Below are positions 10,557 through 23,200 of a stretch of 64,000 nt of DNA, piece by piece. The position numbers were made by a program, and so were the translations under genes. Numbering within the stretch: the first letter of the stretch is position 1; the number at the start of each line of letters is the position of its first letter. Source of the stretch: Ylistrum balloti (lineage: Eukaryota); NCBI RefSeq assembly GCF_031769215.1, contig NW_026782003.1, forward strand, positions 310,001 through 374,000. Reading direction: 5' to 3'. The notes below the pieces were generated by a model, which saw only the letters and a list, made by a program, of their open reading frames with translations, was not told where the DNA came from and did not search any database.

Positions 10557-13500
10557 ATGGCTTACCAACAGTCCACCCAACCAGGTAATCCACTACGTAT
10601 GTTACATAGGATGTATGCATCATGTTTTCTGGGATGTCTATGAATTATAACAAAACCTTTAGGATTGTGGCTGTGATTTTTCACACAACATTTTGTCTCT
10701 GTAATGATATAGTAACTAAACGGCAGTGGTTGTTCTGACTACATTGTATATTGAGCAAGTAGGTTTTGTGTGTATGTGTGTGTACTGTGTAGTTAACAGT
10801 GTACTAGATACACTTAATGTTTACATGTTTTACCTGCTTTCAACTTTGTTGATTCTCATGTATCATTTTTACAAAATTATAGAATCCCATTCCATACTTT
10901 CACTGTAAATATGAATATTTTCACTGTCTGGAACCAAGCCCAGTGAAATCATATATCCGCTTTTAAACCTTTGTATTGTGTACTTCTCAGGTAATCAGAG
11001 CCAATCTGAGTTTGTGGAAATTCACAAACCGCCTCCTGAATACAACCTAGAAGTGTTCCTCAACGAAGATGAACAGGAATGTAAGTCGATACGAGTAAAG
11101 AACTCAAACTTATACTTTCACTTGTATAAACATTTTTAATTTAACAAGTGAGTACATTGTTTTCACTGATTTGATTGTTAAATACTTATATCATTTCAAT
11201 AGGATTTTTGAGTATTAAACACTGGTTAATGATCAAAATAACCAAGTATCCAGTTAACTGGTTCAGCATAGTAAATTTTCGTTTGAAATAATATTATTTG
11301 AGAGGATGCCAAATAGTAATAATCAAAGGTTATTATCTAGAATAATACATTATTCAGTGCTTTAATGATGAGTGGATATCATCAAAATTCATTATTGTGA
11401 AGTAGAGTTGAACAAAGATGAATAACTTACATTGTTATTTTTGTGTTTCAGTGTGGCATAACTTTTTTTCGCCATATACTGTTGTTGGAGACATGATAGT
11501 CAAGACATCCTCATTTGAACATGCCATCCAGCTGTTATGGATGAACGGCTTTGTGACTATCACTGGCCAGCCAGGTGATGGAAAAACCACGATGGCAGAG
11601 TGGATCATCACACAGTTGGTCATTGCTCCAGAACTGTTGCCAGAAAAGGGAGACGACTCCTCCAAGGAATGGTTTGTCAAAAGGAGTCTAGCTGGTCGAG
11701 GAGAGAGGACATATGAGTTTGTAAAAGTGAATTCTCCTGCTGACTGGGAGAACAAGGTAGACACAAGCAAGGATCAAGTTGTGCTCATCGATGACATATT
11801 TGGTCCAGCAAATATAAACATGTATACTGCTAGAAGATGGAAAAACACCCTTGTAGACATATCAAAAAAAGTGATGGACAACGTGCCCAAGCTACTTGTT
11901 ATTATCTGTTTACATAAGAGCCACCAAGAAGCCTTGATAGGCGATTTGGATCATCTTGATCTGTTTAAAGAAGATGCGGTTGTAGATTTGACTCTTAGCA
12001 AATTCCAACCAAGCCAAGCCGAACGTGAGAGTATAATGGGGGCGAATGGAGGCTACCGAGGTCTGAGTTACAGAGAAAAGTACAATATTGACTTCAAGGC
12101 AGTTAAACAGTCCTATCCATATGTTGCGAGGATATTTGGCTCAGTGAAAAGTTTTGGTATGGAAGGGCCCAAGTTCTTCTCGAATCCTTTTTCATCCTTC
12201 AGAAATGCAATCCAGAAAATTTTTGGATTCAATAAAGTAATATACTTCACTTTGGCTGCAGGAGTCTTGTTTGATGGTAAGCTGGAACTAGACAAACACA
12301 GCTTCGAGGAATTCACAGAAAAAGAGCAACACATCATACGCCGATTAACAGAAGAAGTAGGCATAGAGGATTTGAATATGGCAAAAATGCGTTATGCAGC
12401 ATCATTGTTGTATGGATTGTTCCTTCTTCCAACAAAGAGACATTGCTGGAAATTTATGCATGAGAGGTCATTCCACACTATGGCTGATGCCTTGACCAAC
12501 AAGTACCCAGAGATAGTATTAGAGTTCTGCAGCAGTGATTTCCTCATCAACCGGATTAGGACCATTTCATGTTATTCTTCAAATGTCTCGTCCAGCATTT
12601 CACTTTGGCACAAAGAGTATCCTCAATTATGTCAGCGAATTACCTTTGAAATCCTGGCAGGAAATCTGCCCCAGCTGGCTGGCCACCCTTCATTTGATGA
12701 TGAGAAATTTGTTAAAAAATGGTTTGAGTTTATGACAGATATGGGAAGCTTACTACCTGTAGTTCAACAAAGAGGAGAGTACAACCGCTCACTTTTCTTT
12801 TGGTCCTGTTTCTATGGACAACACAACATGGTGGTGACATACCTGAAACATGAGGACCTGGAGGACATGCGCCAAGAGGAGTGGTTTAAGGAGGAGATGC
12901 GTGCAGGTGTCTTTGCCACTTGCTGTGGTCAATATGGTATGCGTGAGGCACATGCCAAGGTATTGGAAGCACTTCATAATGCTGGGATGGAACTTACTGC
13001 AGATGATCCTCTTCCAGAGAATGATCTGAATGATTTGTATGGATCAGATGTGACTTTCCTCTTGAAGATCAAGGCCCCACTCTTGCATATTGCAGCATTA
13101 AGAAGTGAGGAAGCTGTCATAGATTTCTTGGTAGATGTGGGCAAGCTGGATGTCAATGAAAAGTCAGCAGATGGTTACACTCCTTGCCACAGAGCTGTAT
13201 GTAACAAGAAAGAGGGCGCTCTCAAATCACTTCTTAAACATGAGGCTGACAGCAATGTCGCAGCACCAAATGGGCGTCGACCTGTTCACCTTGCACTGAT
13301 GTGTGGTAATGGCAATGTCATTTATGCTTTGAAAATGAATAATGAAAAAGTGAAAGATGGAAAGATGCCAGATGGGACTTCAATGTTGACATCAGCAATC
13401 TTTACACAGGACGACTATCTTATTCGAAACGTTGCAGACATCTACAGCAAGGAGAAACCTTACAGACCCTCAGGTGACCTCATAGCTCCGTTGCAGGCAG

Positions 13501-13949
13501 CAGCAGCCATGGGAGACGAGGAGAACATAAAACGCCTGTTAGACAGGAACTTTGATATTGACTGTCGTGATGACATGGGATGGACTGCACTTCATTATGC
13601 TGTTTACTTTCACAACGAGAAAATGATCCGTTTCCTACTTGAAAAGAATGCAAACATTGACTGCCAAAATCGAGACAATAAAACTCCTCTTCACATAGCA
13701 GCCGAGCAAGGTTACTATGTAATTTGTGAATTGCTGCTGGATAATGGTGCCAATGCCGACAAGCATACCATTAAAAATGAATTTTCTTTCTCTTCTGCTG
13801 CTAAATATGGACATGTAGCCTTGGCCAGATATCTAGTTAGGCAAGGATTGATTCTTAGTACTCCTAACGGAGGGAAGGCAGGTGACCTCGAGGACCCACG
13901 AATGTATGAAGAATTTGAGAGATTAAGTAGAGAATGGCGATTCAAATAA
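10557..13949 (+). CDS. STAND-class P-loop NTPase (nSTAND3-like) with C-terminal ankyrin repeats, ~871 aa
   Basis: Exons 10557-10584, 10991-11080 and 11452-13949 have GT-AG boundaries in consistent phase 1/1 (MAYQQSTQPGNQSQ...EQELWHNFF). Walker A ITGQPGDGKTT and Walker B VVLIDDIFG are followed by a helical region. Ankyrin repeats include TPCHRAV, PVHLAL, GWTALHYAV and KTPLHIAAEQG. Further 5' non-coding exons (e.g. ~9798-9920) are possible but not established. Confidence 0.88.
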
Positions 13950-16900
13950 ATAAATCAGAATTTTACATGCTTTCAAATGGTTACTAGCAAATTACTTAGT
14001 TTCAAAATAGGCAAAAAAATACCATGAAAATTATGTAAATTTAGTGGAGTTACAACATTGTTGTGTTCATAACTTTACTAATACTTTGTTACCTAAAATT
14101 TCGAAAAATTCTTTGAATTTTCTAGCTTGTTGCCACCTCTCACACCCTAATATTGGCTTTTAGATATCTTATAGCCAGTTAAATTCGGTCCTATCTTTTT
14201 GTGTGTAACACAACTGCTCTAACAAAACCTGGATATATTCCTTACTGTAAGAAACATAATGCAGGTAAGTGACTTTCATATCTAAAGAACAATGTATCAA
14301 TTCAAGTAGGAATTGAGGCAATGGTTAACATTTCTGATTTGGCCACAGGAAGTTAAGACATTGCATTGTATGTCAAAAACAGAGATTACACAATGGTTGT
14401 TTGTTGTATTTATTTCACTCCAGCTGTTATTTCTCAAAAAAGTAAAAAAAAATAATACCATAATCACAAGCTTCAGCAAGTGTCTTTGATTTTTAGGACA
14501 AAAACTAATGTCAGGGAAAGAAATACTGTATTTAACAACCACAAGGCTGTGTGACCTGTTTCTACCACAATAAAAAAGCTATTTTGAAGTTAATCGACCT
14601 GTCCTGTACCAACATGTTTTGTTTACATCATCACTTGGAGTGTTGTTGCTTGACCTTCAGTTAAAAGCAACTATCTAATATTCAAAACTGACAATTTCAG
14701 AAATAAGAGATATTACAACTCATTACAGATTATAAATAGAATTAGACTGATTTGTTATCTACGATGCCAAAATAGAAATATGTCCAAATAAAAATCAAAT
14801 TATTACGAAAACAACAATGAACTACTTATTGTTGTTCCTAATTTCTGTGAGATCACAAAACGCCCTTTTTGTCATAGGTCATCCTGTCAGCCAATCAAAA
14901 CATGTTGAAGTATTCCACCACATTTGGTATAATATTCATGTTTATACAACAGCTGGAATGATTTAAATGATGCCTTGCCAGTTGAATAACAACCACCTGT
15001 TGTGATAGAAACCAGTCATATCAATGCAAAAGTGTATCTTGGTCATGAAAAACTTTTTAGCATTATACTGGCCTTGTAATAGTACAACAAAAGATGAAAA
15101 CTTCATTCATATTAATTACTAATATTAACTATCATTAATTAACTTTTCAGACACAATTGAACTGTGTTAGGATGTTAAATGTGATGGAGGTATCCATGAG
15201 ATATGACGATCACTTTGACAACTGTATTGAATTTGTTATTATGTTGTACAGGCATTACAGAAGATTGAAACACAATTTTTATACATGATCCCATCCATAC
15301 AAACTGTTGAGCAGTGTACGGAATGTCAATACATCTCTTGGCTGGGCAAAATGTTACAGGCAGTCCCTTCAGAATTTTCTACTTACCTTTACACAAAATG
15401 GGTAATAATTGAATATTGGACTGGAACTGCTTCGTGTTGTGCCTACTCCTGACGTCTGTACCATTATACAAGTACAGTAAAACTCCACAGGAACTCCAAT
15501 GTCAAATGTCAGTACCTTAGTCAGAGACCTAAAGGCATTTCTAAATGTTTTTTTTTTTAATTGATGATTTTGATGGATGGGAGGTAATTCATAATTGACT
15601 GTTAATTCATGGATCCTGGCCTATCTGAATTAAACTAATATTTAAGTTTTACATCTGTTGTGTTTTTTACTAACTATGTGTGCAGAATTATTTGAAAACA
15701 TGTGTCTTGGATGTGGGGCCATATCATCCAGCTGGATAACAATAATTGAGAAAGCAGATTGGGTAGTACATCAAACTCAAATGTTAACATGCATAAAGTT
15801 TACTTATGAAAATATACTTAATGAAATATAAATGTTATTCATGAAGAAAGAGGACAACTGTATAGGTGTTTAATTCCGCGGCTGTCCAAGTTTGGGCTAG
15901 TTTGAAAGAATACAATTTTGCTTATTTACAATGGTGTCCATGGATACAAACATATTACTAATTTCCATAAATTTTGATTAATGTTAAATGTTTGTTTGGT
16001 ATTTTGTTTCATGCTCTCTTTGTTGAAAGCAAGATAAACTCCCTGTGAGTACAACCAACTATATATCATCCATTATAAAGGGTCTTTGGTGTCTATCAGC
16101 CGATGGTACACCTAAGTTTACACTACCATCCTCAATTATAGTTTATAACGTGGGTTTTTGTTCTATGTATGTGATGTAATTTATGTAACATTTTGTGTCT
16201 TGATAAAGGGGCAGATTGCCTCAAATTGACACTCCATTTGTTCATACCGTCATTTTAACTTCATTGATCATTTATTATAGATGTATATATAAAGCTAAAT
16301 TCTCTGTAATAAACTTCAACAGGTTTTCTGTTACTTTTTGGAAATGAGTTAGGACCATGAAACTTAAACATTTCTTTCTATTTCAAATTTACCTTTGTTG
16401 TGTTGCAACTTATACATCAACTAATTCTGTAACATGATATTTAGATGTGAAGTTTGTTTATACTGATTGTCTGAACTATTCTATTAAGTTTTTCATTAAT
16501 ATCTCAGCCTAGTTGAGTTCATATATGAAAACAAAGTGCACAGCTTTTGAATTTCTTGGATGATCTGAAATAAGTAGTTTTTTTAATTGTTTTGAAGAGG
16601 AATAAAAATGCTTTACAATGAAATATGTACTACAGTCATTTTGTGTTTCAATGAAATTGTATTCACTATTTTTTATGAGTAATAAAATGTCAAAACTTAT
16701 TTGATATTACTCTGCTTATTGAGGCCTCAAACAAAATTAGGTGGCCTTCAACTCTGTCATACCATCAGGAAATGCATTAGGAGGACTCTATCCTATTTTG
16801 ATATTAATGATGCTGGTCATGTCTATAGCCTATTATTGGAATATCATGCTCTATCATAAACATCCTGTGAAGCATATCTTGTGGCCAGAATTACATCTCC

Positions 16901-19900
16901 ATCATTCCCAGAGATGGAAGGCATGTGTAATGTACCAATAGGATCAAACAATATGGCAACTCCAGGTAATTACAAAAATATCAACTTTATTTCACTCTTT
17001 TCAATTTGATATTTGACACACATTACACAGATCACAGACTCCTATACAATACATTTCAGTATGCCATGTTGCATGATCTTGTATGTCTCTAGTAAAAATG
17101 TTAGAAGAGCAGTTGTTGGTTAATTACTGATAAATCTGACCCATAGTTGTCCTGTTAACCTGGACTAGAACCCAAAATATGGCTAAATTGTACGAATTCA
17201 AAACACTGCTTAATGCATCTTGATTCCTGAAAATGCGTTTCCACTAAACATAGGGAAATTCAGATTTGCGTATGGCCATATACCTACTTATATTACAAAA
17301 CTTTTGAGTGGAAATCGAACGTGCAAGTTTATCATTAAACTTTTAAAGTTGTTTCTTGGCCAGTAACTTTTAACACAATACTTCCGTCAGAAAATTAATT
17401 GTATTAATACAATTTGTTTTCATAATGCCTTTTCAAATTTATTGCTAAAAATGGGTCCTGCAACGTAAATTTTAAGTATTTCCAGAAACTCTATAAGTCC
17501 CATCAAAATTTAATGAATACAGGACTCGCATTTAGATTTATCATTGTTAGTTTGTTGGTATATTTCATTTGATATAATCAATATGTTAGGCATAACCATC
17601 CTGAAACACTCTAACTTTCAAACACCTATCCCTTAATTTTGGCCAATCAACACAATATTATAAAGTATCACTGTGTTATCTGTCTGTATCCACTGCCATG
17701 ACAATAACTGCATTAATCCATTGTTTATTTCAGAAACATACGATTACACCTTTTTAATTTACTTTTAATCAGGTATGAAATCTGTACAATTTCAAAATGG
17801 CAACATGAATGCTTTATCGTCAGAATTATAACAAAAAAACATTTGAACAGAACCATGCTTTATATATCATACAATAGACGTGATGGATTTAAACATTTTA
17901 CACACGTTTTTCAAGCCATTAAATACTTCCCAAACTTTACCATTAAAAATGTATCACATGTATTAAACACTTTCCCTGTGTATTACCATTAACGTCACTA
18001 AAGAAGGTAAATAATACCTTATTACACCATAGAGAAGAAAAACAGCACAAACATATCAGAAAAGTCCCATTACTGAATTAATCTGAAAGATCATTAGGTT
18101 TGGGGGTCAAGCTAATGAACCAGAAGTCCCCGGTGTGAATCCTAGGCATTAAAATATTATAATGAACTCTGTTACATAGAATTAGTTCAAAACTAAGCCC
18201 TCCTCGTACTTTAATAGAAAGATTTTACACTCGTGGAGGGGCCTTATATGAGGATAAGTACAGGACTTTCATAACTTTATAGTAAACGTCAGTTTGGAGA
18301 TCAATTGAAGTACTAAAACCTCTCATTATTCCACATATACCATTCCTTACATAATCCCTTAAAGATTTACAAAAACATGTTGAGGGAATGTTGACACACT
18401 CATTCTCACAATACCTACTGATATTAATACTTGTAATCAACTTTTCATTTTTTTTTTTTACACATTTCATGTAAAAAGTATTTCACAATTGGAAAATTGT
18501 TGCCAAATACACATGTGACAATAACAAGTCATTAATAAACATACTTCACATTCAAGTGTCTCTTCCAAATACTAAAACAGCAGAAAAGTGAAATATTTCA
18601 ATTTCAAAAATTCACAGATATTCACACTTACATTGTATAATACACCAAATATGAGAAAGGACACCCACAGACCATGGATATCCTTTTGAGCAAGTATAAC
18701 AAGACCATGTTGGCAAAACACTATGCCCTGTTTAAACTTAAACAGAAATGACAATTAGTGTAATGCCTAAGAAAGTTTTCAGTTATGTTACAATTGGACA
18801 TGGTCATATGACATTCTTACAAAAAGATTATCAGAATTTGAAGTAAAGTTATCAAAATCCAACAAGAGCATTTTAGCCAACAGATATACAGTTGAGTATG
18901 TTATTAATCATTTTGAAATTAATAAACTCTACATTTTTAACATACATTGTAATTTGTCAGGTAAAAAGCCATCCTACCCACAACCTGTATACAATGGACC
19001 CTCCATAATCTGGACATCTTACTCCCTGGCCAATATTGTCTGGATTACAAGTTTTCCAAAATGTCAAGTTTTGTCTGCTGGCCAATAAAATCTGAGTTAT
19101 CTCCCTTAAAAACCTGACGATAACATCTTTGGTATGATATCTATATAGTATTTAATGTGAAGGCAGATATTCATAAATGTCTTTCATAAGTAAGTTTCAT
19201 TTCATGAATTATTGTATATACCGGTAGATTAAAATATCTTAAGTTAAATTGTTCTTACTCCTTGAAGTCCAATATCACAGCCAATTCATTTAATGACTTC
19301 TTGATATCAACAGTGATGACTTAAAAATATTTAATAACTCACGCCTCTGAATATTATATTACTGCAAACAGTACTGTATTTACATGTGTTTTGACTCAAT
19401 TAGGATGCAAATTCCTTGAAGAATATGACAATTTTCTACATAAAATATGCTGAAATACTGAGGGACAATGGTCCATTTTTATTAGTCTAATTAAAGCCAT
19501 ACCCCATGATTTATATCAAGTGTTAATAACAATGTGCCTTTGTTTTATCTCCTGAACAATTCACTTAGATAATGTTATATCCTGTATTCCTGGTTACTAT
19601 CATTATTCAAAATCATACAAAATACTTACAGAAAAACAACACTTCTCTCCATAAAGAACTTGACACATATAAACAAATTGAATAATTCTAGATTATTTGC
19701 CAAATGTTTAAAAACAAGAGCAGCTGAAGACCTTGATATTTTCCTTACAATGAATTCACTTTGTCCTCTGACAAGAGTTCCATAGGTATATTTATGCCTT
19801 GGGTGATGATATAGCAGTAGTCACAATGACTACATACAGTGTCTAGCGGTGTGCTGTAATACAGATGTCTAACCACAACATATTTTCTTCATGTGGTGAC

Positions 19901-20278
19901 AAAAAAAGTCTGGGCTTTTGCAGGAGTATCACTACGAAAAGTCCATTCCATTCCCAAAATGTATTCCAGGAACCAGAATTCAAATTTCCAAACTGGTGAA
20001 AACAATTACTATTACAGAAATCCATTCACTAACATCTTCATTCAGACAGTGATTTTTTCTATCTGCATCCAGATTACAGCGGGTCCACTGAACTTCCACG
20101 CTTTATTACTGAAATTTCTGGATCCTCTCTGCATGATTATGATTTCATTCAATCATACAATTATCAACTAATTTCATTATAACATATACAATGTGAACCC
20201 AAACCTCAGTAGTCAATTCCCTGAAGTAGATAATATTGCATTGTCAGTAAAAGCTTTGGGTTCATGCAGTTACATGTA

Positions 20279-23200
20279 TCAACTGTTACGTGAAACATTG
20301 TCTATACACCAGTCAAATGCATTTATGAACATTTTATACCAAGGTGTCAAATCCATGTCGGTTCTCATTTCAGTTGGCATCCACGGACACTGCCATGGTA
20401 GAAAGCAACGTTCAGGATGGGGCATGATGGCCAAATGGCGCCCATCCTCTGAACACAGAGCCCCTACACCATCCTCAGTACCGTTCGGGTTCATTGGGTA
20501 CACTGTAGTTGGCTCTCCGGAATCATCAACATAGCGAACTGGGATCAGCTGCTTGCTCACAAGATCTTCATAGATTCTACGATCTTTGAATACCATTCGT
20601 CCTACAATAAGAGTTACATATCAACATCATTCCTTCCACAAAATTTTTTTTCATGAAATTTTGAAAAGAAAAGAAAAAAAAATTGAACAATACTTTTGAT
20701 AGAGTTACCTTCTCCATGAGCACTCCACATGCCAAATGTAGTGCCCTCCATACCCTTAGTCATGATGGATGGACTGTCGTAGACCTTAACTGTGGAGAAC
20801 CGACACTCAAACCTATTGGACAAGTTGTGATCCAGCAACACCCCCTGTCCAACACCACTGTTGCTGTTTTCTGTATGCCAAAAACAGTGTTATTTTTAAT
20901 TCTTGAATAAAGATATCTCAATTATCTTTCTCCTTTTGATAGATACACCAAATAAAACTACAATGCACAACTAGCAGTTTATGTAAATAAGCAAGCAACC
21001 TAAATTTTTTGATAATTTTTGACGTCAAATGAGGCTTTAGTATTACAAATTCAATAGATATTCAGTCTAACTAATATGTAAGAAACTCATTTGCTATACC
21101 AATGAAAATATAGAACATTTTTATATCAAGTAATATCCAGTTATATCTTAATTTTCTTTACCTTTCTGGTCCTCGTCCGGGGCAACCCAGCCTAGCAGAG
21201 CCATTAGCTGGCAGCCATTACATACACCCAGACTGAAGGTGTCCTGTCTTTCTTTGAACTTAGCAAACTGTTTTTGTACAGACTTGTTGAACAAGGCTGT
21301 AGCTGCCCAGCCTATAACAGAAGTAGGAAATACATAAACATCAAGCTGTAGCTGTCCAGCCTATAATGCATGTAAGTTATAAGGTACTTAGACTTGTTTG
21401 CAATTGATAATGTATATTATTTCCATGATAACATCAATTTTATATTTATCAACAATAAAAAAACCTTTAGCAGATCCGCAAACATCAGCATAACTAAATC
21501 CCCCGACAAAAACAAGGCCCTGGAACTGGTCAAGGGTGATAGCCTCAGAACATAAATCCTGCATGTTGATGTCCCAAACTTCATGAAAGCCAGCCATTTT
21601 GAGAACAACTGCCATCTCACGGTCACTATTGCTGCCCTCCTCTCTCAGCACAGCCACTCTCAATGGGGTATTTACTACAAAGTACAACAAGACATAACGT
21701 CATTCTAACAACATGGCTGTTCATCATATATTACTTTGATGAAGACTATTCACGACTTTGTAAATTTACAATAATATTTTGCTACTAACAAACCCAAACT
21801 AATCAAAGTAGAATTAGTTTCAGATCTTCAAGTTGATCACTCTACATAAATTTATCAGATCAAATTAAAACAATTACAGCCACTTAAAATGTCAGAAATC
21901 TTACATGAAACTAATATCCAAGTTATATAACTGTAAATTGAAGAAAATTGAACGGAAAAATCTGTGGTGGTTTTGTCTTATGAATGGATATGTAGATTAC
22001 AAAATATCTTATTTAGCTCATCAAACTCCTCAAACTATTATAAGTTAAAAGAGTGAATCTGTGATTGTTATTTGTCAATAGGAATTTTAAGGAAAATTAA
22101 ATGTGGAAGACATGAAGGAGCAACACAATTCATTCAAAGCATGCAAATTAAAGATTTGTTACCTTGATTCATATGTTAGCATAACAGTGCAGTGTGATGC
22201 TAGGTTATACATACTTGTGTTGCTACCTTTTGGTGAGAATGACACTATATCACACTCAAATGGTACATGATACTGAGGACCTTCTCTCTCAGACAGCACT
22301 TTCTGTTCCTGGTCTACACACATGGTAGATGTTTGTCGACGCTCTAGCTGGAAACTTGTCTCCTCCCAGACATTACGCAGGAGAGGCATGTCATCCACCA
22401 ATACTGGGCTACCATTGATACTCAGGCGGACCTACAGAACAGGAATTATATAACGTAGTACATCTACACTGGCAACCATTTATACTCAGACAGACCTATA
22501 GAACAGAAATTATATAACGTAGTACATCTATACTGGGCTACCATTGATACTCAGACAGACCTATAGAACAAGAATTATATAAAGTAGTACATCTACACTG
22601 GCAACCTTTTAAACTCAAATATTTCTTTAAAAAAAAAGGAATAGATTAAAGTGGTACATCTATAACAAACAAGGCTTGTGGAAAAACACATCTTGTGATT
22701 CATCATTACCTGGTAAAGTCATTTCTGCCATTTCAGGGCAAAACAATAACGGTGTCAAAGACTAAGGGAGTGCAAAGCAGTTTAAAAGTGAGAAAAGATA
22801 TTGACCATAAGAGGATCCTATTCTGCTATTCGATGCTTTCCTCCTCCCGTCTACTCTCAACCAAAGAGGGGGAGGAGGCACATGTGAACAGAAAACCATC
22901 AAATAATGTATGTGTTATGAGTTTTCCCCCCGGTTAGTTACCACCAACTCCTCAGAGCAGAAAAACTTGCAGTGATAATATGACCATATACCTTAATTAG
23001 AACTCCCAGGTAATTTTATCATTGTTTTAAGACAACCCAAGTACACATCTTGACAAACACAATGAGCCAATGTCAAGAGAAATACTGACTTTCTTTGTGT
23101 TGGTATTTATTTAATGTTTTAGATTGTTGTCATTTTGTTTTTATTATCACTTTTTTGTGTTTTTGTTATTTTGGGGTTTTTTTATGATTCAATTAAATTT

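Noticed and set aside
11418-11451. ATG 11418 as the start of the STAND-ankyrin protein
   Set aside because: It lies in the polypyrimidine tract before the acceptor TTTCAG| at 11451, and two in-phase upstream exons supply a better start.
16741-16965. Exon-like segment (AG|...CCAG|GTAAT) between the convergent genes
   Set aside because: No recognisable product and no partner exons could be linked.
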